Shown here one piece after another: positions 43,710 through 56,450 of a DNA stretch of 64,000 bases. The notes under the pieces were generated by a model, which did not search any database, had not been told where the DNA came from, and worked only from the letters and a program-made list of their open reading frames with translations. Made by a program: the position numbers and the translations under genes. The first letter of the stretch is position 1. Each line of letters begins with the position of its first letter. The stretch comes from the human T2T-CHM13v2.0 reference genome, Homo sapiens. The DNA lies in NCBI RefSeq assembly GCF_009914755.1, contig NC_060931.1; one strand, written 5' to 3'.

Positions 43710-44400
43710 ATGTGGACCTTTGAAATCATGTAACTCTTGTTTTCATATAGGTGTGCTGAAGCCCTATCCCCAAGATGACTATATTTGGAGACAGGATTTT
43801 TGGAGGTAATTAAGGTCCTAATAGTAGGGTCCTGGTTCTATAGAATTGGTAGCCTTATAAGAAGAAGAGAAAGAGCAATATTTCTCTCTCCATGTGCATG
43901 AACTGAGGAAAGGCCATGTGAGCCACACAGTGAGGAGAATGGCACTCTGCAAGCCAGAAAATGAGCCCTCACCAGAATCCAGGCATCCTGGAACCCTGAT
44001 CTTTAACTTCTAGCCATTGGAACCAACAGAAAATAAATTTCTGTTGTTTAAACCACATACTCGGCTGGGAGCAGTGGCTCACACTTGTAATCCCAGCACT
44101 TTGGGAGGATGAGGTGGGCAGATCACTTGAGGACAGGAGTTCGAGACCAGCCTGGTCAACAGGCGAATCTCATCTCTACTAAAAACACAAAAATTAGCTG
44201 AGTGTGGAGGTGCATACCTGTAGTCCTAGCTACTCAGGGGGCTGAGGCTGGAGAATCACTTGAGCCCGGGAGGCTGCAGTTGCAGTGAGCCAAGATCATG
44301 ACACGATACTCCAGCCTGGGTGACAGAGCGAGACTCTGTCTAGAAAACAAAACCAAACCAAACACCTACTCTATGGTATTTTCTATGTCAGCATAAGACA
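43710..44400 (+). mobile_element. MLT1A/MLT1A0 MaLR LTR interrupted by Alu
   Basis: gaaaataaatttctgttgtttaaaccac...ctatggtatttt...taagaca. Confidence 0.8.
44063..44360 (+). mobile_element. AluSx-like
   Basis: Full dimer; TSD aaaccacatactc / aaacacctactc. Confidence 0.93.
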
Positions 44401-44752
44401 AGGTGTGAAAATGGGATATAACTTTATTTTTTTCCAAATTGATGAACCGTCATATCAGTATTAATTATTGATTTATTTGGCTCTTTGTTTTTCTTTTACA
44501 AAATTGCCTCACATACTAAACAATATTTATTATACTGTTTTAACCTTAAAATGAGCTTGCTATTTAGGCAAGTTCTTTTTGGGGTTTTGATTGAATTTAT
44601 TTAGAATGATGTGAGAATAATTGAAATTTTTATAATGTATAGATTCTTCCCATGTGTGGATCTTCTATCTCTCTCTATTAGTTTACTAAACATCTTTCAA
44701 ATATTTTGTTATATTTGTTCCACGAAATAGATAACTTAGGGAGCTATTATGA

Positions 44753-45073
<321 letters not shown>

Positions 45074-45817
45074 TTATAGTGATTTTAATTTAGTATATAC
45101 TATGTATCCATATTTATCCTTGTTTCCTCTCCATCAATATGTTTCTATATAGAAAGAACCTGTTTTAACTTTGAATGTTCAGTATCAAGTATTAATATAA
45201 TTATTTTAACTTTGATTTTATTGCATTTATCCTGGTATATTTTTATGTATTTTTAATATTTAATACTTTGTTCTTGTAAATAGCAAATACATGGATTGTC
45301 TTTATTTTTTCATTAGGAATATTTCATCTTTTGGTTTAGAAATTCAAAGCATTCAAGTTTATTAAGGTAAATAATACATTTTTAACGTTACCTTCATTGT
45401 ATTTTTTCTCAAGTGATGTGTTAAATTTAAATGATAAATTTGTCTTTCTAGAAATATATTTTGTTCTGGGTTATTATGGAATTTCCATTATAGTATCGTT
45501 CTTCAAATAAATTTATAACTATTACTCTTACTCAAATTTTAGTTATAATTATCCACCATAAACATTTCAAACTAATAACTCACCATTTATTTCTATGAAG
45601 TCTCCTTTCTTCTGTCTTTAATGTCTGGTCTCATTTTTCATTGAAATGTAGCATGTACCCAAATATTTTCATCTGCTAGGACATAAAGATTAAATACCCT
45701 CTGACTCCTTGAATGAAAATAATATATAGGGCAACTCACACGTTACCATTTTGGACCAAGGTAATGACTAGCCACATACAAAAAGTAAACAATACGAAAT
45801 AAAACAAGCAGGAAATT

Positions 45818-45970
45818 ACTAATCAATAGGCATAAAGTTTCTGTCAAGCAAGATAAATAAGCTCTAGATATCTGCTGTACAACATGGTATCTGTAGTCAA
45901 CAATAATGTAATGTATACTTAAAAATTTAAGAGGGTAGATCAGTATTTTTACTACAATTAAATTTAAAAT
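45818..45970 (+). mobile_element. L1MA/L1MB 3' end
   Basis: aagataaataagctctagatatctgctgtacaacatgg...aagagggtagatc. Confidence 0.8.
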
Positions 45971-47212
45971 ATGAAGTGAAATAAAACAATAAAAATTAAC
46001 AGGAATATGCAAAGATAAAACAGCAATATCGATTTCCTTAAAAATTATGATTTTTGTATTGCATTGTAATCTTGCTTGACTAATTTTTTTTGCCAGTTTT
46101 GATGGATCCATTGCATTCTCTTAAAATGTAGTAGAAGCTTATATTTTTCCTAACTTTTAAAATACATAAGGTTAGAAAAGTTTTCTTTAAAAATTTTTAG
46201 AAACAAAGGAATGAAACTCTAAATTCAACTCTACTAACCAATTCATACCATCTTATTACACCCAAATTCTTTCTTTTCTATTTCACCTAGTTAAGCCTGA
46301 GAATTATTGACAGAGACTTCTTAGTAGTTCAAGTAACTTAACTAACCAAATCATTTAGAACACAAATTAATTCTTTAAGTGTACTGGAAATAACTTGGCT
46401 GTTTTCTTAGCATGATACACTGTTGTAACAGGCCATATGGATCAGACTTCTTAACATTAGCTTGACATATAAACAGAGAAGATACTGTCTATATAAAGTA
46501 GACACAGTTTTTGATTTTGATATACAAAATGTCATCATATTTTAAGTGTGTCCTTGTATTTACCATGACATGTTCATTTAATACTGTAAGATGCAACAGT
46601 ATTTTGTATACTGTATCAGATTTTAAAAATGCTAGGAATTAAAGTATAGCAATGCTTTCTGTTTTTACAATTTTTATTTTATCAATTTTGAAAGATAACT
46701 TTTAGACTATGCATAATTTTAATGTATATTATTATTGTTAATACATACAATGGAAGATAATAGCAATTGGTTATCCTTTGAATCCTGTTTAAATTTCGAG
46801 CTGGTAACATCTGTTATTCCCCCAAAATACTTTTCATGCCATTATGAGGGTTAGTTTTTAATACAAATTTTCTAAAGTAATCTATAAAAAAATGACAAAA
46901 CCATTGTTGCTGGTTTTTAAACTGGCTTTGCAAGTCAGTGGAAGTATTCTACTTTGTACTGTTGCTTTGGGAATGTTAAATGGTCTGATGATTCCATCTC
47001 CCTATCAATATTGATAAAAATTTGGTTCCTAAAAGTTATTCTTCTCCAGAATTTCCTCCAGAGCACGGATATTTATTCTGAAAAAAAAATGACAGTAAAG
47101 CTTTTATTATTTGTATATGAACAAGCAATGACAACTCATTCAAGATTGCCACTAGGCCAACTTATATTTTAAGTTGCAATCACTTTTGAGTCAGATTCAG
47201 ATTTTAGATATG

Positions 47213-47605
47213 TGTGATGGTTGTGTGTCAATTTGGCTAGGATGTGGTGCCCAGTTGTTTGGTCAAACGCTAGTCTAGATTTTGCTGTAACGGTATTTTG
47301 TAGATATGACTAACATTTATAATCAGTTGACTTTAAGTTAAAAAGATTACCTCCATAATGGGAGTAGGCCTCCTCTAATTATTTGAAGAGTTTCAAAGCA
47401 AAAACTGAGGTTTCCCAGAGAAGACAGAATGCTGCTGCAAAACTGCGATGTAGAAATACTGCCCACATTTCCAGTCTGCTCACCAGCCCTATAGGTTTAT
47501 GACTCAGGACTACAACATCAACTTTTTACCTGAATTTTCAGCCTGCCGTATAGATTTCAAACTTGCCGGTTCCCATAATTGCATGATCTCATTCCCTAAA
47601 ATAAA

Positions 47606-47649
<44 letters not shown>

Positions 47650-47700
47650 TGTTTATGTATGTGTGTGTATAATTTCCATCCTGGTTGTTATTAAGTACAA
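47213..47700 (+). mobile_element. MLT2D-like ERVL LTR with (TG)n at 47608-47668
   Basis: tgtgatggtt..gtgtcaatttggctagg...ccagttgtttggtcaaac; AATAAA before the microsatellite. Confidence 0.85.
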
Positions 47701-49199
47701 TATTGATTGCAAATTTATGACAGGATTTAGGTCCATGGAAAAAGCCTTATAAATTGCATTTTTATGTAATCACGATGATAGAATAACACTGCAAAAATTT
47801 ATAAGATGGTAATTTCTGCAGCAAAACAACTTAAAGAACCTCATGTATCTTGCTAGTAGTTATACATTCTAACCATGTGATAATTTTATTTTATAATCGG
47901 TATTTTGTTGGCTCTGGACACAATGAATTGCTGTAAGATTTTACCTGCAAAGTTTCAGTTTCTGGGAATGTCTCACATAGGTTCAATGTTAAATGTTAGA
48001 TATTCTCTAACCTGAGCAGGCATTTGAGGTTGGAGTCTCTATTCTGTCACTACTGCTACTATCCACTGGGCCCAACAATGCCTCTGCTAAGGCTGCTGTA
48101 GATGCTTCCAAGCTTGCAGACTTACAAGGTGCTAATTTGCCATTCTGGTCTCTTGTTTCCTCAATGTGCTGAAGCCTTGAAGCCATTTTTGGTTTGTCAA
48201 GAAGTATACAAAATATTTCTTTTCCTCACTTGAGTTAACACTTTGCTACCTGGAAAAACATGTAGTACTCCTTGTACCCTCTTTTCTCACAGTTTCTAGT
48301 AGAAATGTCCCATTTAGCTTAGCCAGCAGCTCACTCTTACCATAAGGCTCAGAGAAGAAAGGATACATCTGAGACAAGTGTCATCATGCTGTTTTCTGTT
48401 CTGCATTCTCCCCACATTCCTTCTTTTTAAATGAAATTCTGGGTTTTAATATAAACACATTCAGGTTATCCTACTATCTGTATATAATATAGTTTTAGGG
48501 TATGTTAATTTCTGAAGTACATGTATTTTAAGAAAATATATTTAATAATTTCCAAATAAGTGCTTTTACTTTGAAGTATGTATGAAATACAGAAATTCAT
48601 CATATATTATATAATGCTATTTGAAAGATATAAGATAACAACTTTATATAAATTAAAATCTGCTGATCATTGGAATTATCAAGAGGTAAAGAAGAAATTG
48701 GCAAGACTTTAAAAAAATTTTTGTTTGTCCAATGTAATCTAAAATGGCATAGATATTACAGAACTATCCACACTATAGTAGTCATGCAAAACTAGAATGT
48801 TATAAATGGACCACAAATATTGACATATTCCTGGAAAAAAATTCAAAAAACATCAGTTATAAGTGGAAGAGAACTAAAGCTAGAAAAATCACAGCTCAAG
48901 GCATTTACAGTAAGAGACTACTGGAACATTAGGACCATTCCAGAAATTCCTAAACATTGAAGCAGCAGATAAATGAAGCAGGAAATGCTTAGGATCACAA
49001 ATAGAAGGTGGCATGGATATGGGAGTTCCTCTGCTGCCATGGCTCCTCCCACCTACCTTCTTGTTGAGCTGTGGGCAGTAATATTTTTACCAAACCAAAT
49101 CATTGAGTGTGGGAACTGGGGCTTAAACACAGGCAATGTCTAGTGTAGAAACATATATTCACAAGTAATGGAAAGCCTCTATAAGCAGAAGACAAAATG

Positions 49200-49998
49200 C
49201 CTGCCGAGGACCCCAGGAATCTCTCATACGACCCCTTAACATGACCAGTGTAGCCTAAAGTGCCAAATCTGGGAAATAAGATATTTCAAATCTTAATGAT
49301 ACACAGACAATCAAGAATCACAAAACTTTTGAGAAAGACAAGCAGCATGAAGAGAAGCAACTGACTCAACTAAGAACACTAACATATAAGCAACAAAAAA
49401 AATTAAGCTGAACGCTCTCTGAAAAGTTGAGGAAAATATGGCATCTATGAAAATAAATAAAGAATTTTTAAAGTAACAATTTTATGATCATGGAAAATAT
49501 CCCAATAAAATAACTGTATAACTTGATTGCCCAATCTTCAGTGACTTGGAAAATTGGAACAGAGGATTCTCCCTGAAATTACTGCAAAATTATAAGACTA
49601 GTAAATACAAAAGAGATAGTTTAAAAATTGAGTATTTACCCTAAAATTCCAGTATTTATTTGACAGAATAACAGAAGGAAAAATAAGAATGAGTAAAGGG
49701 GAAGAAAAGCAAATAGAAAAAGAACTGCTAATATTTAAGAAATATAAACTTTCAGATGAAAATGCTCACTAAATAACAGGAAGAATGAACAACTATTTAT
49801 ATCTAGATGGATTTTAGTGAATTTTCAACACCAATGATAAAATTAAAATTATTAAAGATGACAACAAATTCCAAAGAGACCTACAAACCAAAATCAGAAA
49901 TGCTTCTACCTTTTTTTATTTGTAAGATCCAGTGCTTCTAGACAATAGAACAATGTTGAGAAAGGTTTAAAGGAAAAAAACAATTTGAATTTAGAATC
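49200..49998 (+). mobile_element. HAL1/old L1 ORF1-like remnant, continues ~51466-51640
   Basis: A-rich ORF1-like motifs (aactttcagatgaaaatgctcac, tgcttctagacaatagaacaatg). Confidence 0.5.
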
Positions 49999-51461
49999 TG
50001 TTGATAAAAAAACAAACTCTGTAAAATATTTAAAGAGGCTTATTTTAAGCCAAATATGAGTAACCATGACCTGGGGTATAATCTCAAGCAGTCCTGAGAA
50101 CATGTGGCTGAGATGGTTGGGGTATGGTGTGGTTACGTATCTTAGAGAGAAAGAAGCTATAGGCAAAGACATAAATCAATACATGTAAAGTATAGATAGC
50201 CCAGAAAGGTGAGATACCTGGAAGCTGGAGGTGGGAGTGAGTTACAGGTCATAGGTGGATCCAAAGATTTTCTGATTGGCTATTTGGTTGAAAAGAGTTA
50301 AGCTTTGCCTAGAGTTGAAGTCAGCAGAAAGAAATGCTTGAGGAAGGAATAGTATTGAATCTGCATATTGCTTTGGACAGTGTGGCAATTTTAATGTTAT
50401 TGATTCTTCTAGTCCATGAGCATGGAACGTTTTTCTATTTATTTTTGTTATTTGTGATTTCTTTAAAGGACACATGCACCTGTCTGTTCATCACAGTGCT
50501 ATTCACAATAGCCAAAACATGGAAACAACCTAAGTGCCCATCAACAGTGGATTGGATAAAGAACATGTGATACATATACACAAAATCATGTCTTTTACAG
50601 CAACATGGATACAGCTGGAGGCCTTAACTAATTGAATTAATGCAGAAACAGAAAACCCAGATACTTTTGGTGTCACTTATAGGTTAGAGCTAACATGCAG
50701 TACACATAAACATAAAGATGAGACAATAGGCATGAGGAGTACTACAGCAGAGAGAGAGGGATGGGGCCAAGGGCTGAAGAACTACCTATTGGGTACTATG
50801 CTGAATACCAGGGAAACTGATTCAGTCATATCCAAAACCTCAGCACCATGCAATATACCTCTGTAATAATCCTTCACATGTAACCCCTGATTCTAAAATA
50901 AAAGTTGAAAAAACAAATAAAAAGAAACACTTGAGTTAAGATAAGGGGAGTTGTAGAAGCCAAGGTTCTTGTTAAGAGGATGAAGCCTCCGAGTAGCAGG
51001 CTGCAGAGAGAGTAGTTGGTAAATCTCTCTCTTCCAACCTTAAAAAGATCCAGAAAAGACCTACAAAGGGAAGGAGATTCTCTAGAGAATGCAAAATTCC
51101 TCCACACAAGACAATCTTGCAAAGTCATATCAAAATATGTCAAATGAATATATTTTGGAGTAAAATACTTTGATTTCTCTCAGGAACCACTGTCTGTCTT
51201 GTGGTACTATACCAGAATCAGGTTGGAATTAGTTATCTTATTGCAACAAAGAATCTGTTTTGTCCATCTTATGCACTCTATTTTAATGTTATTGCTGGTC
51301 AGTTGTGCCTAAACTCCAAAGGGAGGGGGTGTAAGGGCATGTCCAACCTCCCTTCCCATCATCACCTGAACTAGTTTTTCAGGTTTCTTTGGGATCCCCT
51401 TGGCCAAGGAAGTGGTCAGTTCAGATGGTTGGGAGGCTTAGAATTTTGTTTTTGGTTTATA
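49999..51461 (-). mobile_element. MER4-family (MER4E/D-like) ERV1 solo LTR interrupted by L1
   Basis: Perfect 4-bp TSD aatc (49995-49998, 51462-51465); MER4 motifs gattttctgattggc, cccttggccaag. Confidence 0.85.
50343..50920 (+). mobile_element. L1PA15/16-like, 5'-inverted insertion
   Basis: Antisense ORF2 piece 50343-50463 + sense 3' end; TSD aaagaaatgcttgag / aaagaaacacttgag. Confidence 0.88.
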
Positions 51462-51834
51462 AATCCTATTCAGAGCCACTCAGTGTGATAAAAAACAAAA
51501 CTATTTTCAGATGTGCATAGAATCAGAAAGGTTATTACATCTGATATTCTCCTAAGAATAACTTAGGAGATGCTTTAAATGAAATAAAAAATGAATTAAA
51601 GAAAAATAAAGATTGAGAATCAAGAGAGCAGAGCAAAGAAAGAACCACATAAAATAAATTAATTCCAAATGAATGTTAATAATTCTTATTAAAAATAATA
51701 AGGGAGGTAATTGTATAATTATGTCTTCTGATTTATTAACATGGTAAAAAACATTGACAAATAGCTTTAATTATTAGTCTTTTTTCTTTGGAGTTTCTGT
51801 AATGTCAGTACTTAAGCACTGGATCTTCCACTGG

Positions 51835-52530
51835 TGTAGGGGAATTACAATTAAAAGCAAAATCTCTTCCCAACTCAGAAAAGCTTTCCACAATGGCATA
51901 AGAGAAATAAAATAATTTTATTATTGAATTAGCATTGAATTAGAGTGTGAGGTGCAGCACAGGTAATCTAAGAGGATTTCAGATATAATAAAATATCACC
52001 CTTTTATATAGATAAGCCGATAGAACCAATAACAGACATGTTCTCAAGAAAACAGCTAGTTTTGAAGTATGAGGACTGGACTGCACTATTGGCCATGCCC
52101 AGTTTATCCAGTTGTCACCTGGTAATTTGCATGGCTGTCGGTGTTAATTGGCTTTATCCAAAATAAAAATAAAAGGCTCAAATCTTTATGACTAAAAGTA
52201 GTTATGCACCAAGGTGTCTGCAAAAAATTTGGCTGTTGTTCTCCCCACAAAATGGAATAGTGTCCTTTTTGATGATTATATGTCAAAGAGATGGCTTTCT
52301 GGTTTTTGAGAAATCCATGCATGGGTTGTAAAGGTGGTAATTTTTATTTGTCCAATTATTTATTTAGCAGTTTAAAATATTTACATCATTTCAAGGGGAC
52401 AAAGAAAGAACTGACACATTATTTAAAGTGAATGCTCTAAGACAAGGAAAGGGGGAAGGAGGAAGTCTCTTCTCTTATTTTCAATAGGGAAAATTAAGAC
52501 TCTTATTTCTAATTTGTGTTTGCCCTTATA
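51835..52530 (-). mobile_element. MER89/MER90-like ERV1 solo LTR
   Basis: Ends are reverse-complement similar to the LTR at 23904-24534. Confidence 0.7.
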
Positions 52531-52589
52531 GGGCATATTTTAGCTAGACTTCATAGGTTCTAATACACATTTGTTTTAGTATCATCACT

Positions 52590-54780
52590 TTCTTAATTTT
52601 TATGGATACATAATACTTATACATATTCATGGGGTGCATGTGACATTTTGAGAAAAGCATGCAATGTATAATAATCAAGTCTGAATAATTGGGATATCTA
52701 TTATCTCAAACATTTATTTTTTTATTTGTAAACATTCCAAATCTACCTATCAAGCAATTTTGAGATACAATAAATTATTATTAACTATAGTCATCCTACT
52801 GTGCTACCAAACACTACATCTTATTTCTTCTATCTGACTGTATTTTTGTGCCCATTAATTAACAACTCTTACTCTCCTTCTCCCCACTTCCCTTCCCACA
52901 CTCTAGTAACCATGATTTTATTTACTACCTTCATGAGATTAATTTTTTGTAGCTCCCATTTATATGTGAGAACATGTGACATTTTTCTTTCTATGCCTGG
53001 CTTATTTCACTTAACCTAATGTCCTCTGGTTCAGTCTGTGTTATTACAAATGACAGGATTTTATTCTTATGGTGGAATAATATTCCATCATGTATCTATA
53101 ACACGTTTTCTTTATCTATGCATCCCTTGATGGGCATTTCCCACAGCTAGCATCATACTGAATGGAGAAAATCTGAGTCTTTCCTCTAAAATCTGGAACA
53201 AGACAAGGATGCCCACTTTTACCACTTTTATTCAATGTCGTACTGGAAATATTATCCAGAGCAATTAGACATGAGAAAGAAATAAAAGACATCTAAATAA
53301 GAAAGAAAGAAGTCAAAATGTCCTTGTTTTCAGACAATATGATCTTATATTTAGAAAAATCTAAAGATTAATGAATGATTGGCACTGATAAATGAATTAA
53401 GTAAAGCTACAGGATACAAAATCAACACACAAAACTTGGAAGAATTTCTATATGCAAACAGCGAACAATCTGAAAAAGAAATGAAGAAAGCAATGCACTT
53501 ACAAAAAATAAGATAAAATGCCAAGGAATAAATATAACCAAAGAAGCAATAGATCTCTTCAATCAAAACTATAAAAAATTGATGAAAGAAATTGAAGAAG
53601 ACATAAAAAATATGGAAAGAAACCCCATGTTCATAAATAGAAGAGCCAATATTGTTAAAATGTCCACACCACCCAAACTGATTTATAGATTCAATACAAT
53701 TCCTATTAAAATACCAACAAAATTTCTCACAGAAATAGGAAAAATCTTAAAATTTATAAGAATCACAGAAGACTCAAAATAGCCAAAGTAACACTGAACA
53801 AAAAGTATAAAATTGGAAACATTACATTACCTGACTTCAAATTATACTACAAACCCAAAATAGAATGATTCTGGCATAAAAACAGACATGTAGACAAATG
53901 GAATAGAATATAGAACCCAGAAATAAATCTACACATTTATAATCAACACATTTTCAACAAAGGTGCCAAGAACATACACTCAGGAAAGGGTAGTCTTCAA
54001 CAAATTGTTCTGGAAAAACTGGATATCCGTATGCAGAAGAATGAAACTAGACCCCTATATTTAACCATATATAAATATAAAATAAAATGGATTAAAGACT
54101 TAAATATAAGACCTGAAACAATAAAACTACTGGAAGAAAACATTGATAAATGCTTCAGGACGTTGTTCTGGGCAAAGATTTCTTGACTAAGACCTCAAAA
54201 GCACAAACGCCTGAATTAAAAATGGACAATTGGTATCACACCAAGCTAAAAAGCTTTTGCACAGCAAAGAAAACAATCAAGGTGAAGAGGCAATGTACAG
54301 GATGGAAGAAAATATCTGCAAAATATCTGGCAAGGGATTAATAACCAGAATGCATAAATAACTCAAAAAACTGAATAGTAGAAAAATAAATAATCTGATT
54401 TTTAAATGAACAAAATAAACTGAATAGTCATTTCTCAAAAGAAGACATATACATGGGTAATTGGCATATGAAAAAAATGCTCAACATCATTAATCACAAG
54501 TGAAATCCAAATCAAAATTACCTTGAGATATTATCCTACCCTGGTTAAAAATGGCTTTTATCCTAAAGATAGGCAATAACAAATGCTGGGGAGAGTGTGG
54601 AGAAAAGAAAACCCGGGTACAATGTTGGTAGGGACGTAAATTAATACAGCCACCATGGAAAACAGGAGGTTTCTCAAAACACTAAAAACAGAGCTACCAT
54701 ATGATCCAGGGATCCCACTTCTGGGTGAATATGTAAGCAAGAAATTTAGTATATCAGAGATATCTGCATTCTTGTGTTTA
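52590..54780 (-). mobile_element. L1MA-type 5'-inverted insertion (3' end on minus 52590-53138; ORF2 on plus 53139-54780)
   Basis: Strand switch at ...gatgggcattt|cccacagctagc; ORF2p remnants in the ORF track (53579-53782, 54150-54341). Confidence 0.88.
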
Positions 54781-54889
54781 TGGTTCATTGTTTTCTATAT
54801 TCTTTCCATTTTTATTTTCCCTTCGAATTAAGCATTATTTCAGAAATAAGCTTGATTATTAACTAATATTATAGCATATATAAATATAA

Positions 54890-55562
54890 CTTCTTTGTTT
54901 TTCTTTATTTGATTTGTTTAAGTTCCTTATAGATTCTGGATATTAGCCCTTTGTCAGATGCATAGTTTGCAAATGTTTTCTCCCATTCTGTAGGTTCCCT
55001 GTTTACTCTGTTGATAGTTTCTTTCACTGTGCAGCTCTTTAGTTTAATTAGGTCCCAATTGTCAATTTTTGTTTTTGTTCCATTAGCTTTTAAGGACTTA
55101 AAAATTCTTTGCCAAGATTGATGTCCCAAACAGTATTTCCTAGGTTTTCCTCCAGGACTTTTACAGTTTGGCATCTTACATTTAAAAGTCTTTAGTCCAT
55201 CTTGAGTTAATTTTTATATATGGTGAGAGGTAAGGGCTCAGTTTCATTCTTTTGCATATGGCTAGCCAGTTTTCCCAGCGCTACTTATTAAGTAGGGTAT
55301 TCTTTTCCCACTGTTTGTTTTTGTCAAATTTGTTGAAAATCTGTTGGTGGCAGATGTGTGGTTTTACTTCAGGGGTCTCTATTTTGTTACTTTGGTCTAT
55401 GTATCTATTTTTGTATGACTAGCTTATTTTACTTAACATAATATCCTCTACGTTAATCCATGTTGTCACAAATGACAGGATTTTCTTCTTTCTTGAAGCT
55501 CAGTAGTATCCTTTTGTGTATATGTACCATATTTTCTTTATGCATTCATCCACTGATGGACA
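54890..55562 (-). mobile_element. L1P/L1PB ORF2 fragment (54890-55413) abutting an L1MA 3' fragment (55414-55562)
   Basis: ORF track 54905-55174 resembles ORF2p C-terminal region (WDLIKLKS...EWEKTFANY). Confidence 0.8.
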
Positions 55563-56189
55563 AAAGTCACAAGCAATATGACAAAATATTAATATTTGTT
55601 AATTATAGTTTTGGCATTGCACGTGTTCATAGTACATGAGTTACTATATTCTTGAAAGTTTAAAACTTCTACCACATTTAAAAAATAGTGGATGATGTAA
55701 TAATGTAACTGGAGATATTTGGTTGTGATGGGCAGCAGAAAAAAATAAGTAGAGATTGAGGCGGGATGTGGAGTTAGAGGAAAAACACTATAGAATACTA
55801 TTTCCTAGCGCATGTTTACATGACTATGGAAACACTCAATAAAAAGGAAGACAGTAATGACTGAGAAAGAGAGAAAGAAATGATGCAAATCTTAAAGAAC
55901 CCAAAGAGTAAAGTCCTTGAGAGGGCAAGAGGGAAGAGATGATGTTAATATAGTAAGAACTCAGTAAATGTAGCTGAACGAATGAGTAAATGAACCAATA
56001 AATGACCTTCAGCATCCCTTTGGCTTCTTATATTTAATTACCTTTTCAACTCTCCAAAACAATTAAAAACTTGGATCACTTTCCTCATGTTTATAAGTTC
56101 CTTACATTATCTCTCTCTTTTTTTTTAAGCAGAAAATATCCTCTACTACTTGTAAAAGACAGTAAAGACCATAAAGTTTATTTTCTGCC

Positions 56190-56450
56190 ATTGGTATATA
56201 TATTTTACTAAGCACTCAGATTCCAGATGCTGTTTTAGGCAGTGCAGAAACTGCAGTAAGAAATGCAGACAAACAACTATACACTGTATTATTTGGTGAT
56301 GAAAACTTATATCAAGAAAATCAGACAGGGTTAAGAGATAGGGAGTAATGAAACATTATTAAGAGTGTTTAAAAAAACATTCTTTAAAGGGTGACATTTG
56401 AACAATCTTGAATGAAATGACAGAGGGCATGCCATTTTTCTGGGACATTA
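56190..56450 (-). mobile_element. L2 3' fragment
   Basis: tttactaagcactc...ccagatgctgttttaggcagtg...gtgacatttgaaca. Confidence 0.6.
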
